Source: Candidatus Saccharimonadota bacterium
Lineage (GTDB): Bacteria; Patescibacteriota; Microgenomatia; UBA1406; GWC2-37-13
Assembly: GCA_016699265.1 (NCBI GenBank)
Contig: CP064967.1
Span: forward strand, 390,001 to 422,000
Direction: 5' to 3'
Length of the DNA stretch: 32,000 nt
Shown here: one piece after another, positions 8,763 through 20,317 of the stretch
How the letters are laid out: each line of letters begins with the position of its first letter
How positions within the stretch are numbered: the stretch's first letter is position 1
Notes under the pieces: generated by a model
What the model was told of the DNA's origin: nothing
The model's database searches: none
Seen by the model: the letters and a program-made list of their open reading frames with translations, nothing else
Position numbers and translations under genes: made by a program

Positions 8763-9986
8763 CTAAGCTCGAAGAGGATATAAATCATTAATTCTGGTCA
8801 GTTCTGCGATCAGCTCTTTTCGATCCATCCCGAGTTGCGCTGCGAACTCACGTGTAGTTGGAGGACACTTTCCTGAGTCAAGCATCGAGAGTATGGTCCA
8901 TTGTTTTCTGGTGAGGCCAAGGTTGCCAATTTCAGCATCTGAAGAAGGGGTTACCAAAGGGGCGTTTCTTCCATGCTCATCTGCAGTAAAATTATCTCGA
9001 AGTAATGCAAGCCCGTCAGTGTAGATACTTTTTGCAAAATCTATGGATCTGCCTGTTGCCTCCGCTATTTCGGACCAAGTTTGTTCCCTACCGTCAAATA
9101 TTCCGGTCCTACGTCGAATGACCTCACCTACAACTCGAGGTAACTCAGCAAGCAAACGCATTGCCTCATCTGAAGCGTGATTTTGGAGCGCAACCTCATA
9201 CGCAGGCGTAGTGCCTCTATCCTCGAGAAACTCCTCCAGAGTATAGTCCTTCTGAGGACCTTTAACCGTTGCAACGGGTTCCTGGATTGATCTGAAATGT
9301 TGCGCTATCTTTGCTTTCAGTACCTCGTCAACTTCTACGATAGGAATTTGCATACGATCTGCGATTTGCTCAGGAGAAATTTGTTCTGTGCCAAATTTCT
9401 GAACAAGATCAGCTACAGTTGTATCAACTGCTTTCGACAGACGATTGAGGTCTTCGGGAAGCCTGACTGGATTCCCCATTTGCCCCACCAGCTTTGATAT
9501 CCTACTGCGAATCTCCCTCGATGAAAAGGTAGTGAATCTAAATCCTCGCTCAACCTCAAATCGCTCAACTGCACGCATCAGGCCTATATTTCCTTCCTGA
9601 ACCAAGTCCTCCAGAGCGACACCTTTCCCTTGGTATCGATTGGCGAGGCAAACCACGTATCTGAGATTGTGAAGTGTAAGGTCGTCGGTAAGATATTGAA
9701 TAGCTGGACCGTTTCCATGCTGCCGAGCCTCGTCAAGCAGACGAAATCTTTGTGCATGTTCGTTATGAGTGTATACCGGAACGCTGCCAATGGCCCGCTT
9801 ATACTCCGCAAAGGATGACACTGCCATTACTTCCTGCAAAGATCTCGGTCGAGTTTCAGTCGTTAATCTCGTTTCCCTTTCGTGTATTGCCATAAAAATA
9901 TCTGAAGAACAGAAAGGTATATTATAGCTTTTTGAGGCTCTATAATCAATTAATAACTCGAAGTATTCATCTTGCACGTTGGCCAC
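8763..9986 (-). CDS. Sigma-70 family factor (group-3-like) with an extra C-terminal HTH segment
   Basis: Region 2 reads LEDLVQEGNIGLMRAVERFEVERGFRFTTFSSREIRSRI. Regions 3 and 4.2 are present (TWSEIAEATGRSIDFAKSIYTDGLALLR). An additional ~70 aa includes LTRKQWTILSMLDSGKCPPTTREFAAQLGMDRKELIAELTRI. The start codon is GTG. Confidence 0.85.
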   Translation of the reverse strand: MANVQDEYFELLIDYRASKSYNIPFCSSDIFMAIHERETRLTTETRPRSLQEVMAVSSFAEYKRAIGSVPVYTHNEHAQRFRLLDEARQHGNGPAIQYLTDDLTLHNLRYVVCLANRYQGKGVALEDLVQEGNIGLMRAVERFEVERGFRFTTFSSREIRSRISKLVGQMGNPVRLPEDLNRLSKAVDTTVADLVQKFGTEQISPEQIADRMQIPIVEVDEVLKAKIAQHFRSIQEPVATVKGPQKDYTLEEFLEDRGTTPAYEVALQNHASDEAMRLLAELPRVVGEVIRRRTGIFDGREQTWSEIAEATGRSIDFAKSIYTDGLALLRDNFTADEHGRNAPLVTPSSDAEIGNLGLTRKQWTILSMLDSGKCPPTTREFAAQLGMDRKELIAELTRINDLYPLRA

Positions 9987-10006
9987 GTAGACCTGCGAGG
10001 TCTACG
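9986..10006 (-). other. 9-bp perfect hairpin spanning the PMM-sigma intergenic gap
   Basis: The hairpin is CGTAGACCT-GCG-AGGTCTACG. It starts right after the PMM stop (10007-10009). It includes the first base of the sigma GTG start (9986). Confidence 0.5.
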
Positions 10007-11410
10007 TTAGTGGTCTGAGGATTTTTCTTTGGCGCCTGATTTAAGGATTCGATCGGTGAGCTGCTGAAATCTTTGTTTCATCAGCTCCTCGGTCTTCGCC
10101 TCCACATTCAATCTAAGAAGAGGTTCGGTATTTGAGCTTCGAATACTGAGACGCCAGTCAGGAAAGTCAATTGAGATTCCATCAAGTCGAGATAGTTCAC
10201 CCTCACTATTCTCCTTTACAATTTCTTCCATGAGGGATTTTGAATCCCCTCCTTCAGGGAGAATAAAGTTACGTTCTCCTGACTCAAATGAACTTACTAG
10301 TCCAGAAAGAAGTTCCGATAGTGGTTTTCCTGTTTCGCTAAGCGCTTTAAGAATATAGATTATCACTCGTACTGCGCTCTCTGCCCCTCCTGTTTCACCA
10401 AAGTAAAAATGACCTGAGGACTCCCCTGCAAAGTAAGCTCCTTCTCGATTCACGTCCTCGGTGATAAAGGCATGGCCAACCTTACTTACAAAAATCTTTC
10501 CTCCATTTTTCTTCACAACCTCGGTAACATTTCTGGTGTAGCGTATATCGACGACTATGGTTTCGTTAGGATGTTCTTTAAGTATTTCTTGAGCGATGAG
10601 AGATGAGATAAAGGTTGCCGGAACGACCTGACCTTTTTCATCGATAAAGAAAACACGATCTCCATCGCCATCCGGCTCAATGCCAAAATCTGCCTTAACT
10701 TCCTTAACCTTGTCCTGAAGAGGAATTAAATTATTAAAGTCTAGGGGATCTGCTTGGTGCGCAGGGAAGGTGCCGTCTAAATCAAAGTTCATTTTTATAA
10801 GTTCTCCTCCAACCTTTTCAAAAAGTTTCGCTACGTAGAGAGAGCCCATACCATTCGCCGGATCACAGGCTACTTTAAATTTTTTAAGAAGTGAGATATC
10901 AACAGTCTCTAATGCATCGGCTATCTCTTCGTCTAGAACATCGGTTCGTTCAGTTACGGTTCCGTCGTTTGTGTATTCAGGAAACTCTCCCTTTAGGGCC
11001 ATTTCTTTGATCTCGTTCATTCCGGTCGACTTACCTATCTTTATGATTTTGTTTCCATCGCGTTTTACAAATTTGATACCAGCCCACTCTTTCGGATTGT
11101 GTGATGCGGTAATATCGATTCCGGCGTCATAGCTGTACTTTAGTACCGAATAGTAGAAAGTCGGCGTTGAGACCAGTCCGATATCAATAACCTCAGCTCC
11201 ACAGGCAATAAGTGTCTTTTTGGCTACCTCAAAGAGCGCAGGTCCGGAGGTTCGCATATCTCTTCCAATAACTACAGATATACTGTCCTTCTTCAGATTT
11301 TGTTTGAAGAAACTATAGATGCTTCTAATTATTGACTCCATCGCTTTCTCATTAAGATCCGTTGGATAAACACCTCGAATGTCGTAGGCTTTGAAAAGTG
11401 ATTGATTCAT
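10007..11410 (-). CDS. Phosphomannomutase/phosphoglucomutase family
   Basis: The motifs TASHNP, EPDGDGDR and GESSGH are present. The conserved N-terminus MNQSLFKAYDIRG begins at the internal ATG 11410, so the track start at 11458 is rejected. Confidence 0.9.
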   Translation of the reverse strand: MNQSLFKAYDIRGVYPTDLNEKAMESIIRSIYSFFKQNLKKDSISVVIGRDMRTSGPALFEVAKKTLIACGAEVIDIGLVSTPTFYYSVLKYSYDAGIDITASHNPKEWAGIKFVKRDGNKIIKIGKSTGMNEIKEMALKGEFPEYTNDGTVTERTDVLDEEIADALETVDISLLKKFKVACDPANGMGSLYVAKLFEKVGGELIKMNFDLDGTFPAHQADPLDFNNLIPLQDKVKEVKADFGIEPDGDGDRVFFIDEKGQVVPATFISSLIAQEILKEHPNETIVVDIRYTRNVTEVVKKNGGKIFVSKVGHAFITEDVNREGAYFAGESSGHFYFGETGGAESAVRVIIYILKALSETGKPLSELLSGLVSSFESGERNFILPEGGDSKSLMEEIVKENSEGELSRLDGISIDFPDWRLSIRSSNTEPLLRLNVEAKTEELMKQRFQQLTDRILKSGAKEKSSDH

Positions 11411-11417
11411 AGATCGT

Positions 11418-12105
11418 TTACAGATAATAACAAGATAACAGAGACAGTGATTCTCCAACGGTATAAACCGATTTCCCCGTCTTTAAACGTACTTCAATAC
11501 TAAGCAATTTTTCATAAAAATCAAGAAGATTTTTGGTATCCCATTTGAAAGCCTGAGCTTTTAGTTTACCTACCTGCCACGACTGCATTCGCGTAGGAAC
11601 CTCACCAAGTCGAATAGCTAGTAGTGATCGAATGTGACGGGTGAGCATGATCTGCATAAAAAGTTCGGTTGTTGGAGTTACAAGACTGTAAAACTCGGCG
11701 AGGAATTTTTGAGGTTTGAAGGGTAACATTGATCGAGAAGCGTAAATACCGATGAACTCAGTTTGAAGTCCTTAACAACTCCCAAATCGGCAGTTTTGAT
11801 CTCCCTTTTCCCATATTTGCTTCCCAGATAAAAACAGAAATCTCAGATGATTTTGAGATCGTTAATAACGACTTATATAAATCGCCGCTTCCTTTCCTTG
11901 TTATTTTTTTTGAGGCATTTTCGAGGAGGTATATTGGTATCTCGAAAAGTGACATAGGTTGAGTATCTTGCAGACTAAGATCTATACATTCTGCAGCTGT
12001 TATCGTTTTTACAGTTGAGCCATGTTTTTCGACATGTAGCTTAAGCACTTCATTCAGGTAGTTTCTTGAGGCGACTGAGTCCTCACCGCAAATAATCGTG
12101 ATCAT
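11418..12105 (-). pseudogene. holA: DNA polymerase III delta subunit, split by one frameshift near 11730-11770
   Basis: The N-terminal fragment reads MITIICGEDSVASRNYL... The C-terminal fragment (..LAIRLGEVPTRMQSWQVGKLKAQAFKW..) lies in another frame. The true ATG is at 12105, because upstream track codons translate the heptad repeat. Confidence 0.6.
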
Positions 12106-12195
12106 CGTATTTCGTATAACGTATAGCGTATAACGTATCAAGTATAAATCATAATGTTTGAATACGGAATACGAGATACCAAATACGGTATACTG
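12106..12195. repeat. Dyad heptad array: 6 x CGTATnn, a 13-nt centre, then 5 x nATACnn
   Basis: The left arm (12106-12147) reads CGTATTT CGTATAA CGTATAG CGTATAA CGTATCA AGTATAA. The right arm (12161-12195) reads AATACGG AATACGA GATACCA AATACGG TATACTG. The array occupies almost the whole spacer between the divergent starts at 12105 and 12201. Confidence 0.92.
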
Positions 12196-12200
12196 AAAAT

Positions 12201-13109
12201 ATGTTTGATCTTGTTTCCATAGGTACTATCTCTGCAGATCTCTACTTTAGCGCCGATGAGCTCACTAAAAAAGACAAGAGGCTCTTTCTTGCTATCGGCG
12301 GGAAGTATCGAAGTGAGGACTTTAGTATGAGTGTTGGTGGCGGTGCCGCAAATGTTGCGATCGGAGGTAGAAAAAATGGTTTGAAAACAGCTGTTGTGGG
12401 TATGATTGGTAATAATGTCTTCCGAAAAGGAATAATGCAGAGATTGCAGATCGCGAAGGTAAACACATCGCATGTTTTATTTAATCAGACCGCAATAAGC
12501 GTTTCTGTAATTTTACTTGATGAAAGCGGTGAGCGAACCGTGATTACCCACCAGTCGTCACACGAGCATATACTTGAAGAAACGCATATTTCGCGCAGGA
12601 ATCTAAATACAAGAGCGGTGTATTTTGGGAATCTTTCACATGTTTCAGTTAAGGAACGAAAGGCTCTAATGAAATCCTTGAAGAATAATGACGTTCAAAT
12701 TTTTGTAAATGTGGGACCTTTGGAATGCTGTAAGCCCAAGCAGTTCATCTCCGATCTACTAGAGTATGCAGATGTTTTAATTGTAAATACGCATGAGTTT
12801 GCCGACATTGTGAAGAAGGATGTAGAGAAGATCGATTTTAAAGAGTCTATTTTATCTTATCTTCCGAATATGAAGGATGCGATAGTCATTGTTACTGATG
12901 GAGAGAGTGGAAGCTATGGGTATGAAGGTGAAAAAGTTTTTTACTGTGCTGTAAAAAAACAAGATCTTGTTGTTGACACTACCGGTGTTGGAGACGGGTA
13001 TACGGCGGGTTTTATAACTTCCTTTCTTCGGTACTCTGATGTTGAGCGAGCGATGAAAGCCGGCACACGATACGCCTCTAAAATAGTCAAGAAAATCGGA
13101 GCAAATTAA
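12201..13109 (+). CDS. PfkB/ribokinase-family carbohydrate kinase
   Basis: This 302-aa ORF carries GGGAANVA and the C-terminal DTTGVGDGYTAGF signature. Confidence 0.85.
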   Translation: MFDLVSIGTISADLYFSADELTKKDKRLFLAIGGKYRSEDFSMSVGGGAANVAIGGRKNGLKTAVVGMIGNNVFRKGIMQRLQIAKVNTSHVLFNQTAISVSVILLDESGERTVITHQSSHEHILEETHISRRNLNTRAVYFGNLSHVSVKERKALMKSLKNNDVQIFVNVGPLECCKPKQFISDLLEYADVLIVNTHEFADIVKKDVEKIDFKESILSYLPNMKDAIVIVTDGESGSYGYEGEKVFYCAVKKQDLVVDTTGVGDGYTAGFITSFLRYSDVERAMKAGTRYASKIVKKIGAN

Positions 13110-13112
13110 TGT

Positions 13113-13987
13113 TTATTTTCTCCCATAGATCCACACTCCAAGAAAAGTGACACTTGCGCCTAACAAGATAAATGGTGTAAGTCTCTCATGTAAGAAAATG
13201 GATCCGAAAATTGAGGCAGCTATTGGATTAAGATAAAAGGAAAGACTCGCATACATCGGACCTCCTTTTTGAAATAAGTTTTTGATATAAAAATAAAAAA
13301 AACCAACTGTTCCAAAAGTTGCCAGAAAATGTAAGTCCAGCAATTGCTGGCAAAGAAGGTCCGGAAATAAGTAAGGATTGTACCGAGTAAAGTCTATAAT
13401 TAGGAAATAAATTGGAGTCAAAGCAAGAAAAAAAAAATTACGGTAAATTAAGCTCCTTTTTTGAAAAATTTTTTGAAAAGGATTTAACAATTGCAGTATA
13501 AATAGCAAATGACACCATAAGCGGCAAGAAGAAATATGTTACCTAAAAATGTCCCGCTTTAATGTTTGATTTTTCAAGAATAGGAATAAGAACAATCGAG
13601 AGGTTCCAATTAATCCAACAACAGCGCCCATAATCTCATTTTTCCTAAAACAGTTGATGTAAAAATAAATGAGAAATTACACCAATGAGAACTGGGATTG
13701 TTGTCGAAATAACACTAGAAATAATAACTGTACTGAGATGAATTCCAAAAGCAAAATAAAATCACATTAGAAACTGCAAAATTGATACAAGATAAACCTT
13801 CTTTGTATTTAATTAAAGTCTGAATATTGTTTTTTCTTGACAAAAGGCGATAAGATTAGAAATGAAATTAGGAATCTGAGAAAGTAAAAATAATAGGTGA
13901 GAAAAAGTAAGCCCAATCTTTATTCCAATACTATTTAGTGAGCCAAGAAAAACGATTGTTCAGCAATAAAAGAAGAAAATTTATCAT
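13113..13987 (-). pseudogene. EamA/DMT-family transporter, N-terminal half shredded
   Basis: The C-terminal 131-aa hydrophobic ORF is intact. From ATG 13987, the upstream 480 bp gives hydrophobic fragments in all three frames with many stops and long A/T homopolymers. Confidence 0.55.
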
Positions 13988-13988
13988 A

Positions 13989-15629
13989 CTAACTTGCAAG
14001 TTCTTCGAGAAGATTCCGACCTGTCATCTCTCCTGGTTTGAGAATGTCTAGAAGGGCAAGAATAGTTGGAGCAATGTCTGCTAAAATGCCGGAGGGTAAC
14101 TTTACCAAACGGCCTTGTAGTGAACTATGAATGGCAATAAACGGAACAGGATTATCAGTGTGCTCGGTTGAGATCTGACCAGTTGATGGGTTTATCTTCT
14201 CCTCTGCATTACCATGATCTGCGGTGATAAGAACGTAATGACCGAATGAAAGTGCTGTCTGTACAACCTTACCAAGACACTCGTCAAGTACCTTAATAGC
14301 CTTGATTGTAGCCTCGATGCTACCGGTATGGCCAACCATATCAGCGTTCGCAAAGTTGACTAGAATGAAAGGATACTTCTGTTCTTTCATCTTTTGAGTC
14401 AACACATCGGTTAGTTCATAAGCAGACATTTCTGGTTTTTGATCATAGGTAGGAACTTTAGGAGAAGGAATTATAACGCGGTCTTCGTTGGGAAAAGCCG
14501 CTTCACGATGTCCATTGAAATAAAAACCAACAAACCTTTCCTTTTCGGTCTCAGACATACGTAGCTGAGGTATTCCCTTTTCAGATATGAGTCTTCCTAT
14601 TGGTACGCTAACGACATTCGGTGGAAACGCGATCTCAACAGGAAGTTCTTTTTCATATTCCGTCATAGTAACAAAAAGGAGATTCTTTATCTTATCGCCA
14701 CGTTGAAAAGGGGGGTTAAAAGCTTCTGGAGATTTTTTTTCAAGATGGGTCTTTTCGTACTTAATTGCATATGGATCAAAGGATAGTGTTTTATTCGCCT
14801 CTTTTTGAAAATCTTCAAGAACGAAGGCTTTTGTAAGTTCTCTTGGTCGATCAATACGATAGTTAAAATATATTACGGCATCACCTTCTTTAATAATTAC
14901 TGGAGGTTGACCGAGAGTTGTTATGTTTGTGGGCTCAATAAACTCATCTGTAAGATTTTTCACATACGCATTCTGAATAGCTTGCTCTGCAGTCTCTGCA
15001 GTTGCACCGATTCCTTTAGTGAGACAAACATACGCTTTTTCAATTCGTTCCCACCTTCTATCTCGATCCATCGCGAAGTATCGTCCTAGTATCGTTGCAA
15101 TTTTACCTACACCAAGTTGCTTAAGTTTGTCCTCCAGTGGCTTGATAATTTCCATAGCTGATTTTGGGGGAGAGTCTCTTCCATCCGTGATTGCATGTAC
15201 GAATACATTTGAAAGATTATTTTCTTTGGCAAAAAATAAGAGTGCGTGGAGATGGTCAACGCTTGCGTGTACACTACCCTGACCGACGAGACCTATAAAA
15301 TGAAGATTGCCTTTTGTTTTTTTTACATGCTCAACGGCTTTTAAAAATGCTTCTGTTTTGTAATAAGATCCGTCTGCTATCGACATATTAATACGAGGAA
15401 GATCCTGATAGACGATTTTCCCAGCACCAAGATTAATATGCCCGACCTCGGTATTTCCGACCTCAACCGCAGGAAGACCAACTGCCTCACCTGACGCCTT
15501 AAGTTGTGTGTTTGGATAGGTATAAAGGTAGCTATTAATGTTGGTGGGGTTGGCTAGGTAGATAGGATTTCCAGGACCTGGAGGGGCAATTCCAAAACCA
15601 TCAAGGACTATAAGAACGACTGAATTCAT
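13989..15629 (-). CDS. gpmI: 2,3-bisphosphoglycerate-independent phosphoglycerate mutase
   Basis: The conserved N-terminus is MNSVVLIVLDGFGIAPPG. DGRD, ADHGNAE and NFANADMVGHTG motifs are present. The start is the internal ATG 15629. Confidence 0.92.
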   Translation of the reverse strand: MNSVVLIVLDGFGIAPPGPGNPIYLANPTNINSYLYTYPNTQLKASGEAVGLPAVEVGNTEVGHINLGAGKIVYQDLPRINMSIADGSYYKTEAFLKAVEHVKKTKGNLHFIGLVGQGSVHASVDHLHALLFFAKENNLSNVFVHAITDGRDSPPKSAMEIIKPLEDKLKQLGVGKIATILGRYFAMDRDRRWERIEKAYVCLTKGIGATAETAEQAIQNAYVKNLTDEFIEPTNITTLGQPPVIIKEGDAVIYFNYRIDRPRELTKAFVLEDFQKEANKTLSFDPYAIKYEKTHLEKKSPEAFNPPFQRGDKIKNLLFVTMTEYEKELPVEIAFPPNVVSVPIGRLISEKGIPQLRMSETEKERFVGFYFNGHREAAFPNEDRVIIPSPKVPTYDQKPEMSAYELTDVLTQKMKEQKYPFILVNFANADMVGHTGSIEATIKAIKVLDECLGKVVQTALSFGHYVLITADHGNAEEKINPSTGQISTEHTDNPVPFIAIHSSLQGRLVKLPSGILADIAPTILALLDILKPGEMTGRNLLEELAS

Positions 15630-15635
15630 TAATTC

Positions 15636-15641
15636 ATTATA
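15636..15641 (-). promoter_or_regulatory. TATAAT box 6 nt upstream of the gpmI ATG
   Basis: The minus strand reads CTACTATAAT-GAATTA-ATG. No purine-rich SD is present. Confidence 0.4.
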
Positions 15642-16119
15642 GTAGCTTCTTATTGAGATAACAATAAGCCAGACCACACGCAATTGCGTCAATTTCATCG
15701 TCAATTTTGCCGGTTAAGTCAAGTTTTGGAAGAGTTAATCCGATCATTTTTTTTACTGATTCTTTGTCTGAGTGACCATAGCCAGTGACAATTTGCTTGA
15801 TCTGAAGTGGTGTGAGTAGTGACAGAGAAATGTTGTGTTGAGCCGCGAGTAGTTGAGCTATCCCCTGAGCTTGAGCCACAGGGATAACCGTTTTTTGATT
15901 CTTAAAAAAGAAAAGCTGTTCTATTGCCATTTCGGTTGGTTTCTCTTTTGTAATAATCAACTCTAGTTCGTTGTAGATTTCTTCAAGGCGCTTGGCCATC
16001 GTTTTCTTGGCTGAGGTTTTTATTAATCCAGATGTCTTATAACTGACAACCGATTTTTGATAGCTAATTATCGCCCACCCAGTGCGTTCAAAACCAGAGT
16101 CGATAGCTAAAATTACCAT
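15637..16119 (-). CDS. ruvC: Holliday junction resolvase RuvC
   Basis: The 160-aa ORF begins ILAIDSGFERTGWAI and has the C-terminal DEIDAIA acidic motif. Confidence 0.9.
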   Translation of the reverse strand: MVILAIDSGFERTGWAIISYQKSVVSYKTSGLIKTSAKKTMAKRLEEIYNELELIITKEKPTEMAIEQLFFFKNQKTVIPVAQAQGIAQLLAAQHNISLSLLTPLQIKQIVTGYGHSDKESVKKMIGLTLPKLDLTGKIDDEIDAIACGLAYCYLNKKLL

Positions 16120-16126
16120 AGAGCCA

Positions 16127-16132
16127 ATTATA
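16127..16132 (-). promoter_or_regulatory. TATAAT box 7 nt upstream of the ruvC ATG
   Basis: The minus strand reads AGATACT AGATACC AGATAAT TTATAAT-TGGCTCT-ATG. Confidence 0.4.
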
Positions 16133-16140
16133 AATTATCT

Positions 16141-16154
16141 GGTATCTAGTATCT
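16141..16154. repeat. Two heptad units, GGTATCT AGTATCT
   Basis: These are the same unit type as 4438-4472. They overlap the stop of the 16153-16593 gene. Confidence 0.7.
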
Positions 16155-16593
16155 AGGTCGTGAAGTAATGTTTAGCAGATTTTTTAAATGCAAGAACAAG
16201 TATCGTAATAAACATGACTATACCCAGAGGTGCCGAATTTCCTAATGACATTAATAAGCTAAATATGGCACCGAAGAGAAACAGCTTTCTCATTTTCTTA
16301 TTCAAAGCGAACAAAGTTATGCTTGGAAAAATGGCAAAGTAAGTAAAATAGCCAATAATACGTCCTGGATTATCTAGAAATATGGGATAAGTTGAGTTAT
16401 AAGATTGGCCCTGCAATCTAGCTAGGAAGCCATAGTAAAAGTCCCCAATAAAACCATTTCCAGGTGTATAGCCTACTGCTGGCTGAAATGCTGCAAGTAA
16501 GGAAATGCTTAGCACCAAAAAAATTACAGTGTAGATCTGAATTTTAAGAATTATTTTAATCCACTTTACTGATTTTGAAGGTATTCTAGCCAT
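16153..16593 (-). CDS. Hypothetical membrane protein
   Basis: The 146-aa ORF has about four hydrophobic segments. A near-consensus promoter lies directly upstream. Confidence 0.5.
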   Translation of the reverse strand: MARIPSKSVKWIKIILKIQIYTVIFLVLSISLLAAFQPAVGYTPGNGFIGDFYYGFLARLQGQSYNSTYPIFLDNPGRIIGYFTYFAIFPSITLFALNKKMRKLFLFGAIFSLLMSLGNSAPLGIVMFITILVLAFKKSAKHYFTT

Positions 16594-16599
16594 ATTTCA

Positions 16600-16628
16600 A
16601 TAATATGCTAACGAATAAGTCTTGTCAA
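16600..16628 (-). promoter_or_regulatory. Sigma-70-type promoter TTGACA-N17-TATTAT, with the -10 box 6 nt from the ATG
   Basis: The minus strand reads TTGACA(16628-16623) AGACTTATTCGTTAGCA TATTAT(16605-16600) TGAAAT ATG(16593). This geometry predicts a leaderless mRNA. Confidence 0.55.
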
Positions 16629-16716
16629 TTTGAGCAAGATATTTATTTCACAGTATCAATTTGGGTCTTTTATTTGCGCTATAGTCAATTCCATATACTC
16701 TTTGAAAACGAATCAA

Positions 16717-19938
<3,222 letters not shown>

Positions 19939-20227
19939 CTCATTCGTTTTCCGCTAAAGACACTGACATGTCTTTATACGGTCTAATAATTATTTTTTGA
20001 AATTGAATCCCCCGTTTCTTCGGGGGATACCTAACACGCTTTGTTATCCCGACTAGTCATCGGGATACATGTTAAAAAGACCCAAATTGTTAATGTGCAA
20101 CACTTTCGTGAATATCTTTATTTCTGAAAACAAAACGTCAGACGTTTTGCACTTAAAATAAATATATTCTTTGGTGTCGAGTCAAACTCGACTACCTGCG
20201 TCAACCTCGGCAAAGCCAAGTTTGACT

Positions 20228-20303
20228 TGGTGGACCTGGGCGGAGTCGAACCGCCTACCTCTTCATTGCAAATGAAGCGTTCAGCCAGGTAAACTTCAGG
20301 CCC
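20228..20303 (-). tRNA. tRNA-Ala(UGC), CCA encoded
   Basis: The sequence is GGGCCTGAAGTTTACCTGGCTGAACGCTTCATTTGCAATGAAGAGGTAGGCGGTTCGACTCCGCCCAGGTCCACCA. It forms a cloverleaf with the G3:U70 pair, and the anticodon loop is TTTGCAA. Confidence 0.92.
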
Positions 20304-20317
20304 AATCCCCAATAGAC

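Noticed and set aside
12138-12473. I considered the minus-strand ORFs 12138-12473 and 12242-12466.
   Set aside because: They are antisense to the well-supported PfkB kinase gene and begin in the repeat array. They have no recognisable features.
16594-16716. I looked for a 5S rRNA downstream of the 23S and a 16S upstream of tRNA-Ala.
   Set aside because: The flanks contain no 5S-like or 16S-like conserved strings. Protein-coding genes begin within ~100-200 nt on both sides.
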